Positions 62,148-64,000 of a stretch of DNA of 64,000 nt are shown one piece after another. A program made the translations under genes and the position numbers. Source of the stretch: Barthelona sp. PCE (Eukaryota). The stretch is from positions 434,001 through 498,000 of the forward strand of contig JAUFOR010000005.1 in NCBI GenBank assembly GCA_040285745.1. The letters are read 5' to 3'. The notes beneath the pieces are model-generated. The model was not told the origin of the DNA. It ran no database searches and saw only the letters and a list, made by a program, of their open reading frames with translations. Position 1 is the first letter of the stretch. Every line of letters begins with the position of its first letter.

Positions 62148-62574
62148 GCCCAAAAAGTTGACAAATGTCGAGAAAGAGAGTATAACGTGAAAACATGTAT
62201 TTTGGGGAATTTTCCAGATTCATGTATGGTTTTAAGCATTTTAGACTGCTTTTCAATCTGTAAAATGGTGTTAATGTGAATCAAGATAAGTAATCAAAAT
62301 AAACATGCACATTATTGCATTATATCAATAGTATCACTCATGTATGCTGTTTATATGTGGTATGCGTGGATATTGTGATACAAAACTTAGATTTTTTCAA
62401 AAAAATGGTATTGTATTTGTGCAGGTTTGCTATTTGCTATTATTTTTCTATTTGTTCCGCATACTATGGGATTATGTCCATTTGAAAATTGATAAGGGAA
62501 ATTAGAATAACTATAAGAACCACCACACAACAGTCAGTTTATGTTTTACCGTTCTCACTCCTTTTCCAAATATA

Positions 62575-64000
62575 ATGGGTACTCCCTCTGAACTAATCGG
62601 AAGGTGGATCCAGTATCTAAGCACAAAAAGCGAAAAAGCATTGGATGACAGATTGAAACTCAGCGCTGTTGAAGCTATTAGCTCTAAGTTAGAGTTAAAC
62701 ACCCTAAGGGTCGAGCAATTACTGCAAACAGATGACTTTGTTTATGCGCTTTTGTTTTCTATGCATCCTAATCACACATTTCAGAAAGTTCAACCTCAAT
62801 TGTTTTTAGAGCATCGTTCACAGTTTTTGGGCCACGCATTTGGTATCCTCCGCCACATTGTATGCACTGCAGACGGTGCAGATGTTTTTTCCAACGAACC
62901 ATGCAAAGGTATTCAATGGTTAAAGGATTTTAAGAAAGTGCATCCTGTTTATGATAAAGATTGTGAAAATATAATCAGTACAGCACATCAGAACATGCGT
63001 CTGTTGGAGGAAAAGTTTGAAAAACAAGAAGAACAACCACAAAAACCTATTCGTAAACCACCATCTATTCCAAAAAATTTTGAAGTAGAAATACCAAATA
63101 TTCCTCAACCGATCACAAATACAATGTACTCAACCCTTGCATCTCAGCAAGAAGTTACGCATCAAATTTATTCAGAAAGTAATGAAGAAACTGATGTGTT
63201 TGTCAATGTTCCCACAAAATTCACAGAAGTTCTTGAATATTGGATTCAAATGAGTAAGGGTGTTGAATTCGATCATAAACTTATGCATGTTTTATTACAT
63301 TATCCCCTGGTTCAATTCCTACCTGACTCGGTTTTTAGAACAATATCTGAAAAATTTCAATCATATCTAACTGATATAGAGAAGGAAGATGAGCGCTTCA
63401 TTGGTGTCTATCCTAAGAAACTGTATACTGATATATCTGAAGAAGAAAAACTTGCATTAACAGTTGATCTGCTCAATTATTCAAGCTGTGTACAATTAGC
63501 CATTCAAACACGCCACATGGTGTCTGATAGCTGTCTACTACAGAATATTATTAACTCTCTCTTGATGTTTAGTCGATATCTTGAAATTTTACGTCGTAGT
63601 CCAATACATAAAGAAGATGTATTGGAGTTGTTGAATCGATCTGTAACTAATGAGAGAAGACATATTTATACTGTGTATGAATTAAGCCTTTTACCGTCAA
63701 AAATTTCAAGCAAAATATGTTTGGATTTGTTTTTAATCTTCAACCAACATGGATATCCAGCAATCGAGGGGATAATCGATATGCTTATCAAACCTAATGG
63801 TGATTTTTGCTCTGAAAATGATTATCTAATTTATTTATTACGCAGTTGTTTTTTAAAAGACTTGACTGAACGCAATGCTTCATTTAAGTTACTTTTGAAT
63901 CAATTTGCCCACATTAATATGATTTCAGAGCTTAATCATCGAGATTTTTTGAATTTCTTTGTTTCTTTAGAAAAGTCAAATTTGCAATTATTAGAGAGGT
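62575..64000 (+). CDS. 3'-partial hypothetical helical protein (absent from the ORF track)
   Basis: ATG at 62575 (MGTPSELIGRWIQYL...) stays open without a stop to the end of the window. Confidence 0.8.
   Translation, partial: MGTPSELIGRWIQYLSTKSEKALDDRLKLSAVEAISSKLELNTLRVEQLLQTDDFVYALLFSMHPNHTFQKVQPQLFLEHRSQFLGHAFGILRHIVCTADGADVFSNEPCKGIQWLKDFKKVHPVYDKDCENIISTAHQNMRLLEEKFEKQEEQPQKPIRKPPSIPKNFEVEIPNIPQPITNTMYSTLASQQEVTHQIYSESNEETDVFVNVPTKFTEVLEYWIQMSKGVEFDHKLMHVLLHYPLVQFLPDSVFRTISEKFQSYLTDIEKEDERFIGVYPKKLYTDISEEEKLALTVDLLNYSSCVQLAIQTRHMVSDSCLLQNIINSLLMFSRYLEILRRSPIHKEDVLELLNRSVTNERRHIYTVYELSLLPSKISSKICLDLFLIFNQHGYPAIEGIIDMLIKPNGDFCSENDYLIYLLRSCFLKDLTERNASFKLLLNQFAHINMISELNHRDFLNFFVSLEKSNLQLLER

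Overview
Gene-dense, AT-rich, apparently intron-free eukaryotic chromosomal DNA with about 34 protein genes. It contains axonemal/centrosomal genes (DNAAF1-, LRRC9-, EFCAB10-, UPF0193-, GCP4-like) plus a bacterial-type anaerobic enzyme, so it most likely comes from a flagellated, anaerobic protist (metamonad-like; this is inference). Convergent genes abut or overlap, and the stop codon often lies inside the AATAAA signal. Main highlights: (1) one 933-aa ORF fuses all three subunits of bacterial citrate lyase (CitF-CitD-CitE), keeps the ACP serine and shows high-expression codon bias; (2) nearly every upstream intergenic spacer is filled with nested inverted repeats, many with G-U/G-T pairs, and the best case is a ~300-nt multibranched element at 21702-21999 with an alternative pairing partner; (3) several unusual architectures: acylated calpain-III/M60 peptidase, Nup98-like protein with SKFG repeats and no HFS site, a degenerate mitochondrial carrier, a half-size ribophorin I, a U-box-TPR order inverted relative to CHIP, and a soluble HMG-CoA reductase. 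No rRNA, canonical tRNA, CRISPR array or intact transposon was recognised. All assignments come from motif recognition by eye; no searches or folding programs were run.
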